The notes under the pieces: model-generated
Database searches by the model: none
Seen by the model: only the letters and a program-made list of their open reading frames with translations
Told to the model about the DNA's origin: nothing
From: an uncultured Candidatus Saccharibacteria bacterium
Lineage (GTDB): Bacteria; Patescibacteriota; Minisyncoccia; Phycocordibacterales; UBA5272
Reading direction: 5' to 3'
Assembly (NCBI GenBank): GCA_964546555.1
Contig: CAZJJX010000003.1
Coordinates: 13,139 to 77,138 of the forward strand
Length of the DNA stretch: 64,000 nucleotides
In this document: positions 38,698 to 49,241 of the stretch, piece after piece
Layout: each line of letters starts with the position of its first letter
Position numbering within the stretch: position 1 is the stretch's first letter
Made by a program: the position numbers and the translations under genes

Positions 38698-39567
38698 ATG
38701 AAACATTTTATAAAAAATTTACAAGGATTCTCGTTACTAGAAACATTGGCTGCAATAGCAGTTCTTTCACTTGTCGTCGTCGGGCCATTATCTGTAACTA
38801 TTAGCTCTTCTTCCTATGCACGTCTTACAAAAGATAATATGGTTGCAACATATCTTGCAGAGGAGGCGCTTGAGTCAATCCAGAATCAATATGATTCGCT
38901 CTATATTTATTGTAAAAAATACGCCTCATCGACTGAATCTGGTGAGTATTGCGAACCTACTGCATTAGAACAAACAACAGGTCAGACGGCGTGGAGATTA
39001 TTTAAAGATAAGCTAGCAGCATCAAGTAGTCAGCCAACATGCTATATTCCAAAAGGGGAAAGTCTTTCAACAAGTTATCCAGGCAACTCTTCTGGTAATG
39101 AAAATGGTTGTGCGTTTGATTATGTTCATGCACAAGCAGCAAGCACAGACGAGTTTCAGCGGTATGAAGGAGGTGATACATCGTGTGCCTATCTTGTGCC
39201 AGTATCTACATCAACTACAATTATCGTTGCAAGCACAACTGGAGGAGGTAATTACAATGAATTAACTGAAGATGGTCAGGAGTATGTCCCGGGTGGAGGT
39301 GATTACGTAACAATAAGGCAAGTTACAGCAACATCAACAAGATATGTTTGTAATGGTGTTACGTCTCATAGTGTTGCCGGAGGAAAGGTTTCCTCAAAGC
39401 AATACAAAAGAACAATTACCGTTGACCAACTTCCTACGTTTGAGACAGGGCCTGCAAATGAGCAGTATAATGATGACCTTCTTATTGTTTCAACTGTTGA
39501 ATTTAAGGCAATAAACGGTATTACACAGTCGGTGAAAGTCTCTCGCTTTATGCATGCTCGACCATAA
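38698..39567 (+). CDS. minor pilin-like protein
   Basis: Prepilin-like motif QGFSLLETLAAIAVLSLVV. Confidence 0.65.
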   Translation: MKHFIKNLQGFSLLETLAAIAVLSLVVVGPLSVTISSSSYARLTKDNMVATYLAEEALESIQNQYDSLYIYCKKYASSTESGEYCEPTALEQTTGQTAWRLFKDKLAASSSQPTCYIPKGESLSTSYPGNSSGNENGCAFDYVHAQAASTDEFQRYEGGDTSCAYLVPVSTSTTIIVASTTGGGNYNELTEDGQEYVPGGGDYVTIRQVTATSTRYVCNGVTSHSVAGGKVSSKQYKRTITVDQLPTFETGPANEQYNDDLLIVSTVEFKAINGITQSVKVSRFMHARP

Positions 39568-40258
39568 TTCTATGAATCATTTTTTTAAAAAAGTACATAT
39601 AAGAAACATACGATGTAAAGGCTTTGTGCTTCCATTTACCATGCTTATTGCAACACTTGTGCTTTTTATTACCACAGGTGCGCTTGCTATTTTGTCTAAA
39701 CAACAGTATTTTTCAAGAATCTATAAGCAGACTCAGGCAGCATATTATGCAGCTGATGATGCGGTGGCATGTGCTACGTCACTTGATGATACTTATGTAG
39801 GTCAGGATGGTATCGGTATATTTCCTGTTGCTTCTACAACTGATAAAGATGAATACATTAATGGTGTTTTGCAGTATGTTAGCACTAAACGTGATCTTGC
39901 TGTAACGCTCACCCAAGCTGACGTAAAGTGTGGCCAGTCTCCTATCTTCGTTCCAGGCGGAACCCCATCGTTTAATCCAGGCTTCTCTATTGTTGATGAT
40001 AGTTTTGTATATCATTTTACAAATCCTGTTACAGGGCTTCCTGACAGAGAGTACGGGGTTACTTCTTCGTATAATATGAAGATGGACTTAGGGGTTGATC
40101 CGTCTGATATTACAGGGGTTACTCACTTATATAGATGTGCAAAAATTACTGTTAAAAAGACCCCGTCGTTTAGACAAATTATAGCCCAAGGATATTCTTC
40201 ATGTAATATTTCTAACGCTATTGAGCGTGCAGTTGTTAATACAACAATTATCGAATAA
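39554..40258 (+). CDS. PilX-like pilus-associated protein (tentative)
   Basis: Has an N-terminal hydrophobic helix (KGFVLPFTMLIATLVLFITTGALA) without the conserved Glu5. It is the last gene of the pilus block. Confidence 0.5.
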   Translation: MLDHNSMNHFFKKVHIRNIRCKGFVLPFTMLIATLVLFITTGALAILSKQQYFSRIYKQTQAAYYAADDAVACATSLDDTYVGQDGIGIFPVASTTDKDEYINGVLQYVSTKRDLAVTLTQADVKCGQSPIFVPGGTPSFNPGFSIVDDSFVYHFTNPVTGLPDREYGVTSSYNMKMDLGVDPSDITGVTHLYRCAKITVKKTPSFRQIIAQGYSSCNISNAIERAVVNTTIIE

Positions 40259-40287
40259 TCCTTTATTTTCAATGTTTTTTATGATAA

Positions 40288-42294
<2,007 letters not shown>

Positions 42295-42302
42295 TCGTAC
42301 GT

Positions 42303-42587
42303 ATGTCATTTACTGAACTTGAACTTGATAATCTTTCGAAGCTTGCGCGTATTGATATTGATCCTAGCGAGAAAGCGCAGATGCTTACAGATATGCAGGC
42401 AATTCTTGGCTATATTTCTGAAATTAACTCGATAGAAGGGGAGCTTAGTCGTGGAGAAGAGGATGTCTTTAATGTGGTACGAGAAGATGTCATCACACGA
42501 GAAACTGGATCAAATACTGATGCGATACTTGCTAATGCTCCAAAGGTGAAGGATGGATATGTTGAGGTGGAGCAAGTACTGAAATAG
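42303..42587 (+). CDS. gatC: Asp/Glu-tRNA amidotransferase subunit C
   Basis: 94 aa. The segment LSKLARIDIDPSEK... and its position upstream of gatA fit gatC. Confidence 0.85.
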   Translation: MSFTELELDNLSKLARIDIDPSEKAQMLTDMQAILGYISEINSIEGELSRGEEDVFNVVREDVITRETGSNTDAILANAPKVKDGYVEVEQVLK

Positions 42588-42626
42588 ACCAGAGACAGTC
42601 AGACTGACAGACATCAGACAATACAT

Positions 42627-44048
42627 ATGCAAAAAACATTACGACAATTACATGAAGAATTAAAAAGTGGAACGCTTACCATTGAAGCGCTTGTTGAAAA
42701 TTCTAAAAAAGTAATTGGAGAAAAAGAAATGGATGTACATGCGCTACTTGGAATGTACTCAGATGCTTTGGTTGCGTCTCAAATTGCGCAAGCTAAGAAA
42801 ATGTTTGCTGAAGGTGCGGCAACAGTGCTTACTGGTATACCAATTGTTTTAAAGGATAATATTTTAGTCAAAGGTGAGATTGCAACAGGTGGTTCTAAAA
42901 TCCTTGAGAACTATGTAGCAACCTATGATGCAACGGTGGTGAAGAAATTAAAAGCATCTGGTGCGATATTACTTGCTCGAGCTAACATGGATGAATTCGC
43001 AATGGGTGGATCAACTGAAAATTCTGCATACGGTGTTACGAAGAATCCAATTGATATCACAAAAGTAGCAGGAGGGTCATCAGGTGGATCGGCAGCTGTT
43101 GTTGCATATGGCGGAGTACCTGTATCACTTGGATCAGATACTGGAGGATCAATTAGACAGCCGGCGTCTTTTTGTGGGCTTGTGGGGCTCAAAACGACAT
43201 ATGGTGATGTGTCTCGATATGGTCTTATGGCAATGGGAAGCTCTCTTGATCAGATTGGCCCATTTGCGCATTCTGTAGAAGATGCAGAAGAGGTGTACAA
43301 AATAATTACAGGGTACGATGAACACGATAGTACGTCATTGCCCCAGACAGTCAGACAACCAGATGGTCAGACAGTCGGATTAAAAAAAGTAATAGGAGTA
43401 CCTAAGTCATTTGTTTCTAAAGATGGAGTCGACGCTGAGGTGTTAGAAAATTTTAATGCTTCACTTGAGAAATTAAAAGCAGCAGGATACACAATTAAAG
43501 ACATTACTATTAACCATCTTGAAAAGGCGCTTTCGGTGTATTACGTAATTATGTTCGCAGAAGTTTCGAGTAATCTCGCACGCTACGACGGTATTCGTTA
43601 TGGACTCTCTCATCCAGGAGAGACAAGTATTCGAAGTTATTTTGAATCTCGTACCGCAGGATTCGGTCCTGAAGTTCGACGTCGCATCCTCTTAGGTACC
43701 TATGTCTTATCATCGGGATACTATGATGCGTACTATAATAAAGCGAACCTTGTTCGCGATATGCTTAAAAAAGAATTCGCACGTGTTTTTAAAGACGTTG
43801 ATGTTATCGCTACGCCCACATCTCCAGTGCCAGCGTTTACTCTTGGTGAGAAGTCTCATGACCCACTTTCGATGTACTTGGCCGATATATTCACTGTACC
43901 AGTTAATATTGTAGGGGTACCTGCGATTTCTATTCCATCAGGAAAAACACAATCAGGACTCCCTCTTGGAATGCAGTTTATTGCACCACATGTGCGTGAA
44001 GATCTTCTTTTTGCTATTGGTAAAGATTTTGAAAAAATTAGAAGTTAG
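42627..44048 (+). CDS. gatA: Asp/Glu-tRNA amidotransferase subunit A
   Basis: Has the amidase signature GGSSGGSAAVVA...GSDTGGSIRQPASFCG. No gatB follows it in the window. Confidence 0.95.
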   Translation: MQKTLRQLHEELKSGTLTIEALVENSKKVIGEKEMDVHALLGMYSDALVASQIAQAKKMFAEGAATVLTGIPIVLKDNILVKGEIATGGSKILENYVATYDATVVKKLKASGAILLARANMDEFAMGGSTENSAYGVTKNPIDITKVAGGSSGGSAAVVAYGGVPVSLGSDTGGSIRQPASFCGLVGLKTTYGDVSRYGLMAMGSSLDQIGPFAHSVEDAEEVYKIITGYDEHDSTSLPQTVRQPDGQTVGLKKVIGVPKSFVSKDGVDAEVLENFNASLEKLKAAGYTIKDITINHLEKALSVYYVIMFAEVSSNLARYDGIRYGLSHPGETSIRSYFESRTAGFGPEVRRRILLGTYVLSSGYYDAYYNKANLVRDMLKKEFARVFKDVDVIATPTSPVPAFTLGEKSHDPLSMYLADIFTVPVNIVGVPAISIPSGKTQSGLPLGMQFIAPHVREDLLFAIGKDFEKIRS

Positions 44049-44120
44049 ATTTCCTGGATAAACATAAAAAAGTTTAATCTTTGTGTGTTACTATAAGAGT
44101 ACGTAATACATATTAGGATC

Positions 44121-45548
44121 ATGGGCCCAACCATTTCCATCGACTATATTTTTAATAGGGTGTACGATGTTTTGTTGTGGTTTAAGTACACATGGCTTTT
44201 TTCTATTTTACGGACAGAGCCAGAGCAGTATCTCAAGGAGATTTCCTATCGTGACTGGGATGGGTTGCGTGATAGAGGGTGGTTTGATGATTATTTTGCT
44301 GTGAAGAATGCGGTTGTTCCTGATGTTCATGCAGTTCCTGAGACATTTTGGCAAAAGTTCTTTGGAATGTTTGGTTACAAATTACCTGATAGTGATGGTG
44401 ATGGAATACCTGATGTTTCTGACGATAGTATCTATGATAGTAGTAATCTTACCAAAGCAGAATTAAAAGAACGCTTTGAAGCTGACTATTCATTCTCTGA
44501 TAAAGTGCTTGATACTTTTGGTGTAGCTCCTAAGGATTTTGATCAAGATGGAGTTCCTGATAGCTATGAAGAAAAGCATGGCATGAATCCTAAATTTCCT
44601 GACTCTGACCGTGATGGTATTTTGGATGGTCAGGAACTAGTTGCAGGCACTGATCCTCTTAATAGTGATTCAGATGCAGATCTCGTGCTTGATGGTCGAG
44701 ATGAGGCACCGCTTGATAAAGTAGTTTCTTCTATTGGTAGAGATACTGATGGAGACGGGGTAAGCGATAGAGTGGAAGGATATCTGGGCACTGGTGTTTC
44801 GCAGAAAGATACAGATGGGGATAATATTATGGATTCTATGGATACGTACCCGCTTGATCCAGAGAATCTTAGTCAGTATGCAACAATTGATTTTACTAAA
44901 GTTGGTGAGACTCTTAAACTTTCTATACAAAATCCGGTACTTTCATTTTTCTCTGACATTGTCTCAATCCTCTTCCTTCTTGCGCTGTGTTTTTTTGTAT
45001 ATGTTGTCTCAAGATGGTTTATAGCTTTCTCAGAAGGAATGAATCATTATGAGCACCATTTTCATCACGATGATCATGGTCATGATCATAAGCACAAAGG
45101 TCATGTTATTAAAGACACAAGTAAGAGTAGTCACCATGAAGAGGGGGTTGCACCTGAAATGCCAAGTGGTATTCCTGGTCTACCTATAGCAGGATATGAG
45201 GAAGAACATGTTGTGCCGCCAACTATTCAAGATATAAAAGATCATCCAAAGTTTTCTATTATCCAAGGATATATGAGTAGTGAAAGTGAGGCTCTTTGGC
45301 GAATTGGAATCTTAGAAGCTGACAATGTGTTACTTGAAGTGCTTACAGAAAAAGGGTATCAGGGTGATGGTGTGGGTGAGAAATTAAAAAATGCTAGTTT
45401 CAAAACGATAGATCTGGCGTGGGATGCACACAAGCTTCGTAATCGAATAGCTCATGAAGGGTCTGATTTTGAGCTTACAGAACGAGAAGCAAAAAGAGCT
45501 TTTATGTTGTTTGAGTCTGTTCTGCGTGATCTAAAAGCAATTAGGTAG
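44121..45548 (+). CDS. membrane protein with thrombospondin-type-3-like Ca-binding repeats, His-rich linker and C-terminal HEPN/DUF4145-like domain
   Basis: Repeated Asp-rich motifs (DSDGDGIPD, DQDGVPD, DSDRDGILD, DTDGDGVSD, DTDGDNIMD). A TM helix follows (ILFLLALCFFVYVV), then a His run (HYEHHFHHDDHGHDHKHKGH). The C-terminus has WDAHKLRNRIAHEG, an Rx4H motif. Confidence 0.6.
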   Translation: MGPTISIDYIFNRVYDVLLWFKYTWLFSILRTEPEQYLKEISYRDWDGLRDRGWFDDYFAVKNAVVPDVHAVPETFWQKFFGMFGYKLPDSDGDGIPDVSDDSIYDSSNLTKAELKERFEADYSFSDKVLDTFGVAPKDFDQDGVPDSYEEKHGMNPKFPDSDRDGILDGQELVAGTDPLNSDSDADLVLDGRDEAPLDKVVSSIGRDTDGDGVSDRVEGYLGTGVSQKDTDGDNIMDSMDTYPLDPENLSQYATIDFTKVGETLKLSIQNPVLSFFSDIVSILFLLALCFFVYVVSRWFIAFSEGMNHYEHHFHHDDHGHDHKHKGHVIKDTSKSSHHEEGVAPEMPSGIPGLPIAGYEEEHVVPPTIQDIKDHPKFSIIQGYMSSESEALWRIGILEADNVLLEVLTEKGYQGDGVGEKLKNASFKTIDLAWDAHKLRNRIAHEGSDFELTEREAKRAFMLFESVLRDLKAIR

Positions 45549-45572
45549 CGACTAGGGGTCAGTGAACACAAA

Positions 45573-45606
45573 AGAAAACATCTTACATAATGTAAGATGT
45601 TTTCTT
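45573..45606. terminator. bidirectional terminator hairpin
   Basis: AGAAAACATCTTACA-TAA-TGTAAGATGTTTTCT. It lies between the 44121-45548 gene and the minus-strand tRNA. Confidence 0.6.
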
Positions 45607-45618
45607 TTTCTATTCTTG

Positions 45619-45689
45619 TTGCGGAGACCAGAATCGAACTGGTGTCCCGAGGTTATGAGCCTCGTGAGTTACCTCTACTCTACTCCGCT
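45619..45689 (-). tRNA. tRNA-fMet-like initiator (anticodon CAT)
   Basis: Hand-folded on the minus strand as AGCGGAG-TA-GAGT-AGAGGTA-ACTC-A-CGAGG-CTCATAA-CCTCG-GGAC-ACCAG-TTCGATT-CTGGT-CTCCGCA-A. It has a 1:72 mismatch (A.A) and an A11:U24 pair, both initiator-like features. Only 2 of the 3 canonical G-C pairs are present in the anticodon stem. Confidence 0.7.
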
Positions 45690-45862
45690 ATCTTTGTTAC
45701 TAACGCACTCACTGTATACATAATAGTAATGTTATGCAATAATACCATATCTAGAACAATAACACAATAGTTTAGTTGAAAATAACTGCATTTTGTAGTA
45801 ATATAGAGAAGCTTCAATTAAAAAGAAAGTCGCAGACTAGTTTCGTACTAAAATAAACATAC

Positions 45863-45936
45863 GTCAGTGTAGCTCAGTTGGTTAGAGCGAAGGACTCATA
45901 AGCCTTAGGTCGGTGGTTCGATCCCACCCACTGACA
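45863..45936 (+). tRNA. elongator-type tRNA with CAT anticodon (Met or Ile2)
   Basis: Fold: GTCAGTG-TA-GCTC-AGTTGGTTA-GAGC-G-AAGGA-CTCATAA-GCCTT-AGGTC-GGTGG-TTCGATC-CCACC-CACTGAC-A. The 1:72 position is paired. Confidence 0.8.
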
Positions 45937-45981
45937 CAATAGTAAATATACCCAGCTTCTTGCTGGGTATATTTACTATTG
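45937..45981 (+). terminator. perfect 20-bp-stem hairpin abutting the tRNA 3-prime end (H1)
   Basis: CAATAGTAAATATACCCAGC-TTCTT-GCTGGGTATATTTACTATTG. The loop and stem top resemble hairpin H3 at 49160-49198. Confidence 0.6.
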
Positions 45982-45994
45982 TAAAAGTATTGGA

Positions 45995-46095
45995 GCAAGC
46001 AAACTACTTTGCTTGCGAGTGGGATCGAATACGGGGTAGCGAAACTACTTCGAACGTAGTGAGGAGTTTTGTGACCGATCCAACCCACTAACACA
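45995..46095 (+). repeat. structured repeat element, copy B
   Basis: Has a CTAC-loop hairpin (45995-46016) followed by GAGTGGGATCGAATACGGGGTAGCGAAACTACTTCGAACGTAGTGAGGAGTTTTGTGACCGATCC. The 3-prime end CCCACTAACACAA mimics the tRNA 3-prime end plus flank CCCACTGACACAA. Confidence 0.6.
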
Positions 46096-46100
46096 AAAAT

Positions 46101-46128
46101 AAAAACAATGTTGTTTTACATTGTTTTT
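46101..46128. terminator. bidirectional terminator
   Basis: AAAAACAATGT-TGTTTT-ACATTGTTTTT. It lies downstream of the minus-strand gene 46140-47333 and of repeat copy B. Confidence 0.6.
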
Positions 46129-46139
46129 ACTACGCACAA

Positions 46140-47333
46140 CTACACCTCCCATTTTTTTGTCATCTCATCTTTTTCTTTCTTTGCTTTTTCTATAAAACCT
46201 TTATAGATGAATGCATTTTTAAGAAGCTGTCTTCCATTTCTATGTGGTGCAAAAAGTGGACAAAGGTTAGAGCGTACTTTTGATATTGTTACAGGGACTT
46301 TGATAGTGCTATCAGTTTTCTTTGGGTGAGGGAAGAAGAATATACACGATACTCCATCTATAGAATACTCGGATCTATTTTTGTTCATGCCAAGTTCTTC
46401 TAGCATGTGAGTAAGTGGTGACATGCCTCTCCCTTCACTTTGGCTTGGAAGTGTGAGTTTTATTTTTTTAAGAGCTTTATCACTACCGTATGAAAGTGTG
46501 ATTCCTTTTATTTTCCATCCCGCAAAAGGAATACCTTGTGTGTGGGTATTAAATTCAAATGTTTCTTTATTGAATGGTGATAAATCAAAATGTTCCTCCT
46601 TACCCTCAAAAGCTGAGTCGGTTACAACTCGTAGGAATGTATCAAGATAGATAAGCTTATCATATTTTGCGCCAGTGTATGATACGAGCACTTCTTGTGT
46701 TTCTCCTATATAAATAAGACGTAGTATTGCAGATTCTTTTTCCTGACGTCCTTTGTCGTGCTCGCTTGCATAGACCTTTAGGAGTACGTATATTGTTGTA
46801 CCTAATATGCCAGTTGTAATGTCTGTTACTTTTGTCTCATCTTCTTTGGTCGCAATTCGAGTAAGCTCTTTTGTGAGTGTTGTGAGAGCAAGCTCTGCTT
46901 TTACCATGTCTACTTCTTTTGATTCATAAATCATGTACGATGGTCGCTCGTAGAATGTGTAGTAAAAGAGCATCGACTCAAAAAGTTCTTTTTTGTGTGT
47001 GAAATAATAGAGTACTGTGTCGTGATCAGTGTGACATTCAAGGAGGGGTTCCTGCACCGCTCCTTCTTCTTTTGTTTCAAGAAGTTTAAGGAGATTTGCG
47101 CCATGTTCGTTTGAAACTCTTGCGATTGTCATTACATCTTTTAAGATTTCTATTTTATTTGTTTCTGGGAGATTGGTATAAAAATCAACAAGGATATTGG
47201 TTGCATTTTTGCGAGGAGTATCCTCTGTTATTTCAAAAAATGCATCTATGGAATATAGACTGTAGAACTTTGTTACGATTTCGTGGTTGTTAATTTTTTT
47301 GAAGTATTGTTTAGGTAAAAATGCTTTTGCCAT
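46140..47333 (-). CDS. orphan hypothetical protein (397 aa)
   Basis: A long uninterrupted ORF with its own terminator. I recognise no motif (no P-loop, Zn finger, or recombinase/nuclease signature). It is flanked by tRNAs and repeat elements. Confidence 0.6.
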   Translation of the reverse strand: MAKAFLPKQYFKKINNHEIVTKFYSLYSIDAFFEITEDTPRKNATNILVDFYTNLPETNKIEILKDVMTIARVSNEHGANLLKLLETKEEGAVQEPLLECHTDHDTVLYYFTHKKELFESMLFYYTFYERPSYMIYESKEVDMVKAELALTTLTKELTRIATKEDETKVTDITTGILGTTIYVLLKVYASEHDKGRQEKESAILRLIYIGETQEVLVSYTGAKYDKLIYLDTFLRVVTDSAFEGKEEHFDLSPFNKETFEFNTHTQGIPFAGWKIKGITLSYGSDKALKKIKLTLPSQSEGRGMSPLTHMLEELGMNKNRSEYSIDGVSCIFFFPHPKKTDSTIKVPVTISKVRSNLCPLFAPHRNGRQLLKNAFIYKGFIEKAKKEKDEMTKKWEV

Positions 47334-47607
47334 CGAGGTGGTTATTAGTGACTAGTAATTAGTTGTTAGTGAATACACACAATAGCAGTTAGTGTAGCAT
47401 GTAGAATTAAATTCCCTTAAAGTAAAAAAAGAGAAGTTAGTTAAGTAAGTGTATTGTCACGATACATATTCATAATAGTAGCGATAAATACCCTTGTTTG
47501 GCCTTAAGCACACTTGACTCTTTAAAAATTTACAAAATAATGTATAATAGGACGACAAAGCTATTTTTACAACGAAAAAAAGTAGTCTTTGATAATTTAA
47601 TCAAGTT

Positions 47608-47679
47608 GCGGCTGTAGCTCAACGGTAGAGCACTCGCCTGTCACGCGAGAGGTCGTGGGGTCAGCACCCATCAGCCGCG
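47608..47679 (+). tRNA. tRNA-Asp (GTC) with atypical T-loop
   Basis: Fold: GCGGCTG-TA-GCTC-AACGGTA-GAGC-A-CTCGC-CTGTCAC-GCGAG-AGGTC-GTGGG-GTCAGCA-CCCAT-CAGCCGC-G. The T-loop GTCAGCA deviates from the TTCRANY consensus. Confidence 0.7.
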
Positions 47680-47759
47680 CAAACTGAAAAAGTCTTCGAA
47701 AAGAAGATTTTTTCTTTTGATGGATTAAAGGATATTGAGCTGAATGATATAATCATGGT

Positions 47760-48338
47760 ATGAATACATTTTTATCTTGGGAAGATATCCGTGGGCAAGA
47801 AGAATCCTTTGGGTTTCGTTTACAAAATGCCCTTAATCAGCTTGGAATAGTAGATATGTGTAAAGAACTTTCAATATGTCATGCATGTGTACGTATCAAG
47901 AATCCTGATAATGTCACAGCATTAAAAGAAAGTGTTTCTCAAGTTGGTGTAATAATTTCTTCTGCAGTAGTAAATGGAAGAGAAATACTTATTATTCAAT
48001 TGGATAACCCGCTTAGCGTTAGCGGGTGGTATGTGTCTGGGATCGAGTTGCCGTATCCTAAAAAGAATCATTCGTACGAGGATGGATTAGAGCATGTTGA
48101 GTTCGTATTGCCGGATACAGAAAATACAATGGATGCTGTGCGGGAAAAAGTTACTACAATAATAAAAAATATCTCCCTCGAAGAATTAAAGCAAAACTAT
48201 TCTTACTCAGAAGATGAGCCACAGGCGGAAGGTGACCAGAAACCTAACCCGACAATTTCAATCAAGGTAGATGGAGTCGGTATTAAGTTCCATGCATTAT
48301 CAATACAAGATGTTGTGGGTTTTAGTGAGTCAAACTAG
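47760..48338 (+). CDS. YecM-like VOC-superfamily protein
   Basis: Three stretches parallel E. coli YecM as I recall it. ICHACVRIK matches ADHISLRC. IELPYPKKNHSYEDGLEHVEFVLP matches VELPWPGEKRYPHEGWEHIEIVLP. PNPTISIKVDGVGIKFH matches PNPTLAVTDGKTTIKFH. Confidence 0.65.
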   Translation: MNTFLSWEDIRGQEESFGFRLQNALNQLGIVDMCKELSICHACVRIKNPDNVTALKESVSQVGVIISSAVVNGREILIIQLDNPLSVSGWYVSGIELPYPKKNHSYEDGLEHVEFVLPDTENTMDAVREKVTTIIKNISLEELKQNYSYSEDEPQAEGDQKPNPTISIKVDGVGIKFHALSIQDVVGFSESN

Positions 48339-48360
48339 TTCTCACTTCATTCACCAGAGT

Positions 48361-48409
48361 ACGCAAATATAAAATGCCCGACTTAAGTCGAGGCATTTTA
48401 TATTTGCGT
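48361..48409 (+). terminator. long AT-rich hairpin (H2) downstream of YecM-like gene
   Basis: ACGCAAATATAAAATGCC-CGACTTAAGTCG-AGGCATTTTATATTTGCGT. It is preceded by the 12-mer CTCACTTCATTC (48341-48352). Confidence 0.55.
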
Positions 48410-48418
48410 AGCGAAAGC

Positions 48419-48544
48419 AAATGACCTGCGTCATTTGAGTTGGGATTTGAAGGCCGCAGCGTTATGAGCCTAGCAAGGCGAATCGCGAGGGGCGGGCTGC
48501 GAGAAATTTTTGTGACGACAAAAATTTACTTGTAGCGAAATCCC
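48419..48544 (+). repeat. structured repeat element, copy C1
   Basis: Has a CTGC-loop hairpin (48419-48436), then GAGTTGGGATTTGAAGG, and an internal 10-bp hairpin AAATTTTTGT-GACG-ACAAAAATTT. It closes with AAATCCC pairing to GGGATTT. Confidence 0.6.
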
Positions 48545-48552
48545 ATTTGTAT

Positions 48553-48634
48553 TCACCTGCGTGAGACTTCGGGATTTGAATAGGGGTCGCGAATCTGCTT
48601 CGAGCAACGCGAGGCAGATTTGTGACCAAATCCC
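48553..48634 (+). repeat. structured repeat element, copy C2
   Basis: Has the mini hairpin TCAC-CTGC-GTGA, then GGGATTTGAATAGGGGTCGCGAATCTGCTTCG-AGCAACG-CGAGGCAGATTTGTGACCAAATCCC. The 27-nt core is identical to 12648-12674. Confidence 0.65.
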
Positions 48635-48656
48635 TTTTGCTTGCTATACTTAAACA

Positions 48657-49094
48657 ATGAAATTACTTGATACTCAACAATTTAATTTTGGTGTGTATGG
48701 TATTTGTATGAAAGATGACCAAGTCTTAGTAATTAAGAAAGGCCGTGGTCCATATAAAGGACTATATGATCTACCTGGTGGACGAATTGAATTCGGCGAG
48801 CATGTAGAAATTGCTCTTAAACGAGAATACGAAGAAGAGATTGGCGTAGCTGTAACAGGGATGACATTTATTGGCTATAACGAATATTTTTGTCAGTTTA
48901 CGAATGATCTGGGTGAATTAAAAGACTTTCACCATGTCGGATTATATTTTACTGTTGAGTGTGATACTTCGGTTATTAAAACTGATGCTGATGGACATGA
49001 CTCACTCGGAGCCTTATTCATTTCAAAAAAAGAACTTGGACTTCATAACTGCTCTCAGATTGCATTTGAGATGATCCAAAAAGTAAATAATTAA
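48657..49094 (+). CDS. NUDIX hydrolase
   Basis: Nudix box GGRIEFGEHVEIALKREYEEEIGV, matching GX5EX7REUXEEXGU. Confidence 0.85.
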   Translation: MKLLDTQQFNFGVYGICMKDDQVLVIKKGRGPYKGLYDLPGGRIEFGEHVEIALKREYEEEIGVAVTGMTFIGYNEYFCQFTNDLGELKDFHHVGLYFTVECDTSVIKTDADGHDSLGALFISKKELGLHNCSQIAFEMIQKVNN

Positions 49095-49159
49095 AACTCT
49101 AAGTGAAGCGGTGATTCCAGTCCTCACTTCATTCTCACTTCATCCGCTAGTGTGCTCAT

Positions 49160-49198
49160 AAACAAAAATACCTAACTTCTTGTCAGGTATTTTTGTTT
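49160..49198 (+). terminator. AT-rich hairpin (H3) downstream of NUDIX gene
   Basis: AAACAAAAATACCTAAC-TTCTT-GTCAGGTATTTTTGTTT with one mismatch. It is preceded by CTCACTTCATTC (49123-49134). Confidence 0.6.
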
Positions 49199-49241
49199 CC
49201 TTGTAAAGCACCAAACTTCTAATAGAGTAAGAGAGAGGGGT

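Noticed and set aside
42590-43385. Recurring AGACAGTCAGAC 12-mer (42601-42612 intergenic, and 43346-43357 inside gatA)
   Set aside because: This is a short low-complexity CAGAC-type repeat. The gatA segment has normal length relative to other GatA proteins, so there is no insertion. Likely chance or slippage-prone sequence.
46140-47333. TnpB/IscB-like RNA-guided nuclease with repeat B as its omega-RNA
   Set aside because: The geometry is suggestive: a protein of about 400 aa with structured RNA downstream of its 3-prime end. But the protein shows no RuvC D-E-D pattern, no CxxC zinc ribbon and very few Cys residues. No IS200/605 ends were recognised.
48520-48540. Resemblance of AATTTACTTGTAGC to the Cas12a direct-repeat 3-prime end (AATTTCTACTNTTGTAGAT)
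   Set aside because: The stem is truncated to 3 bp. No Cas12-size gene or spacer array is present. Judged coincidental.
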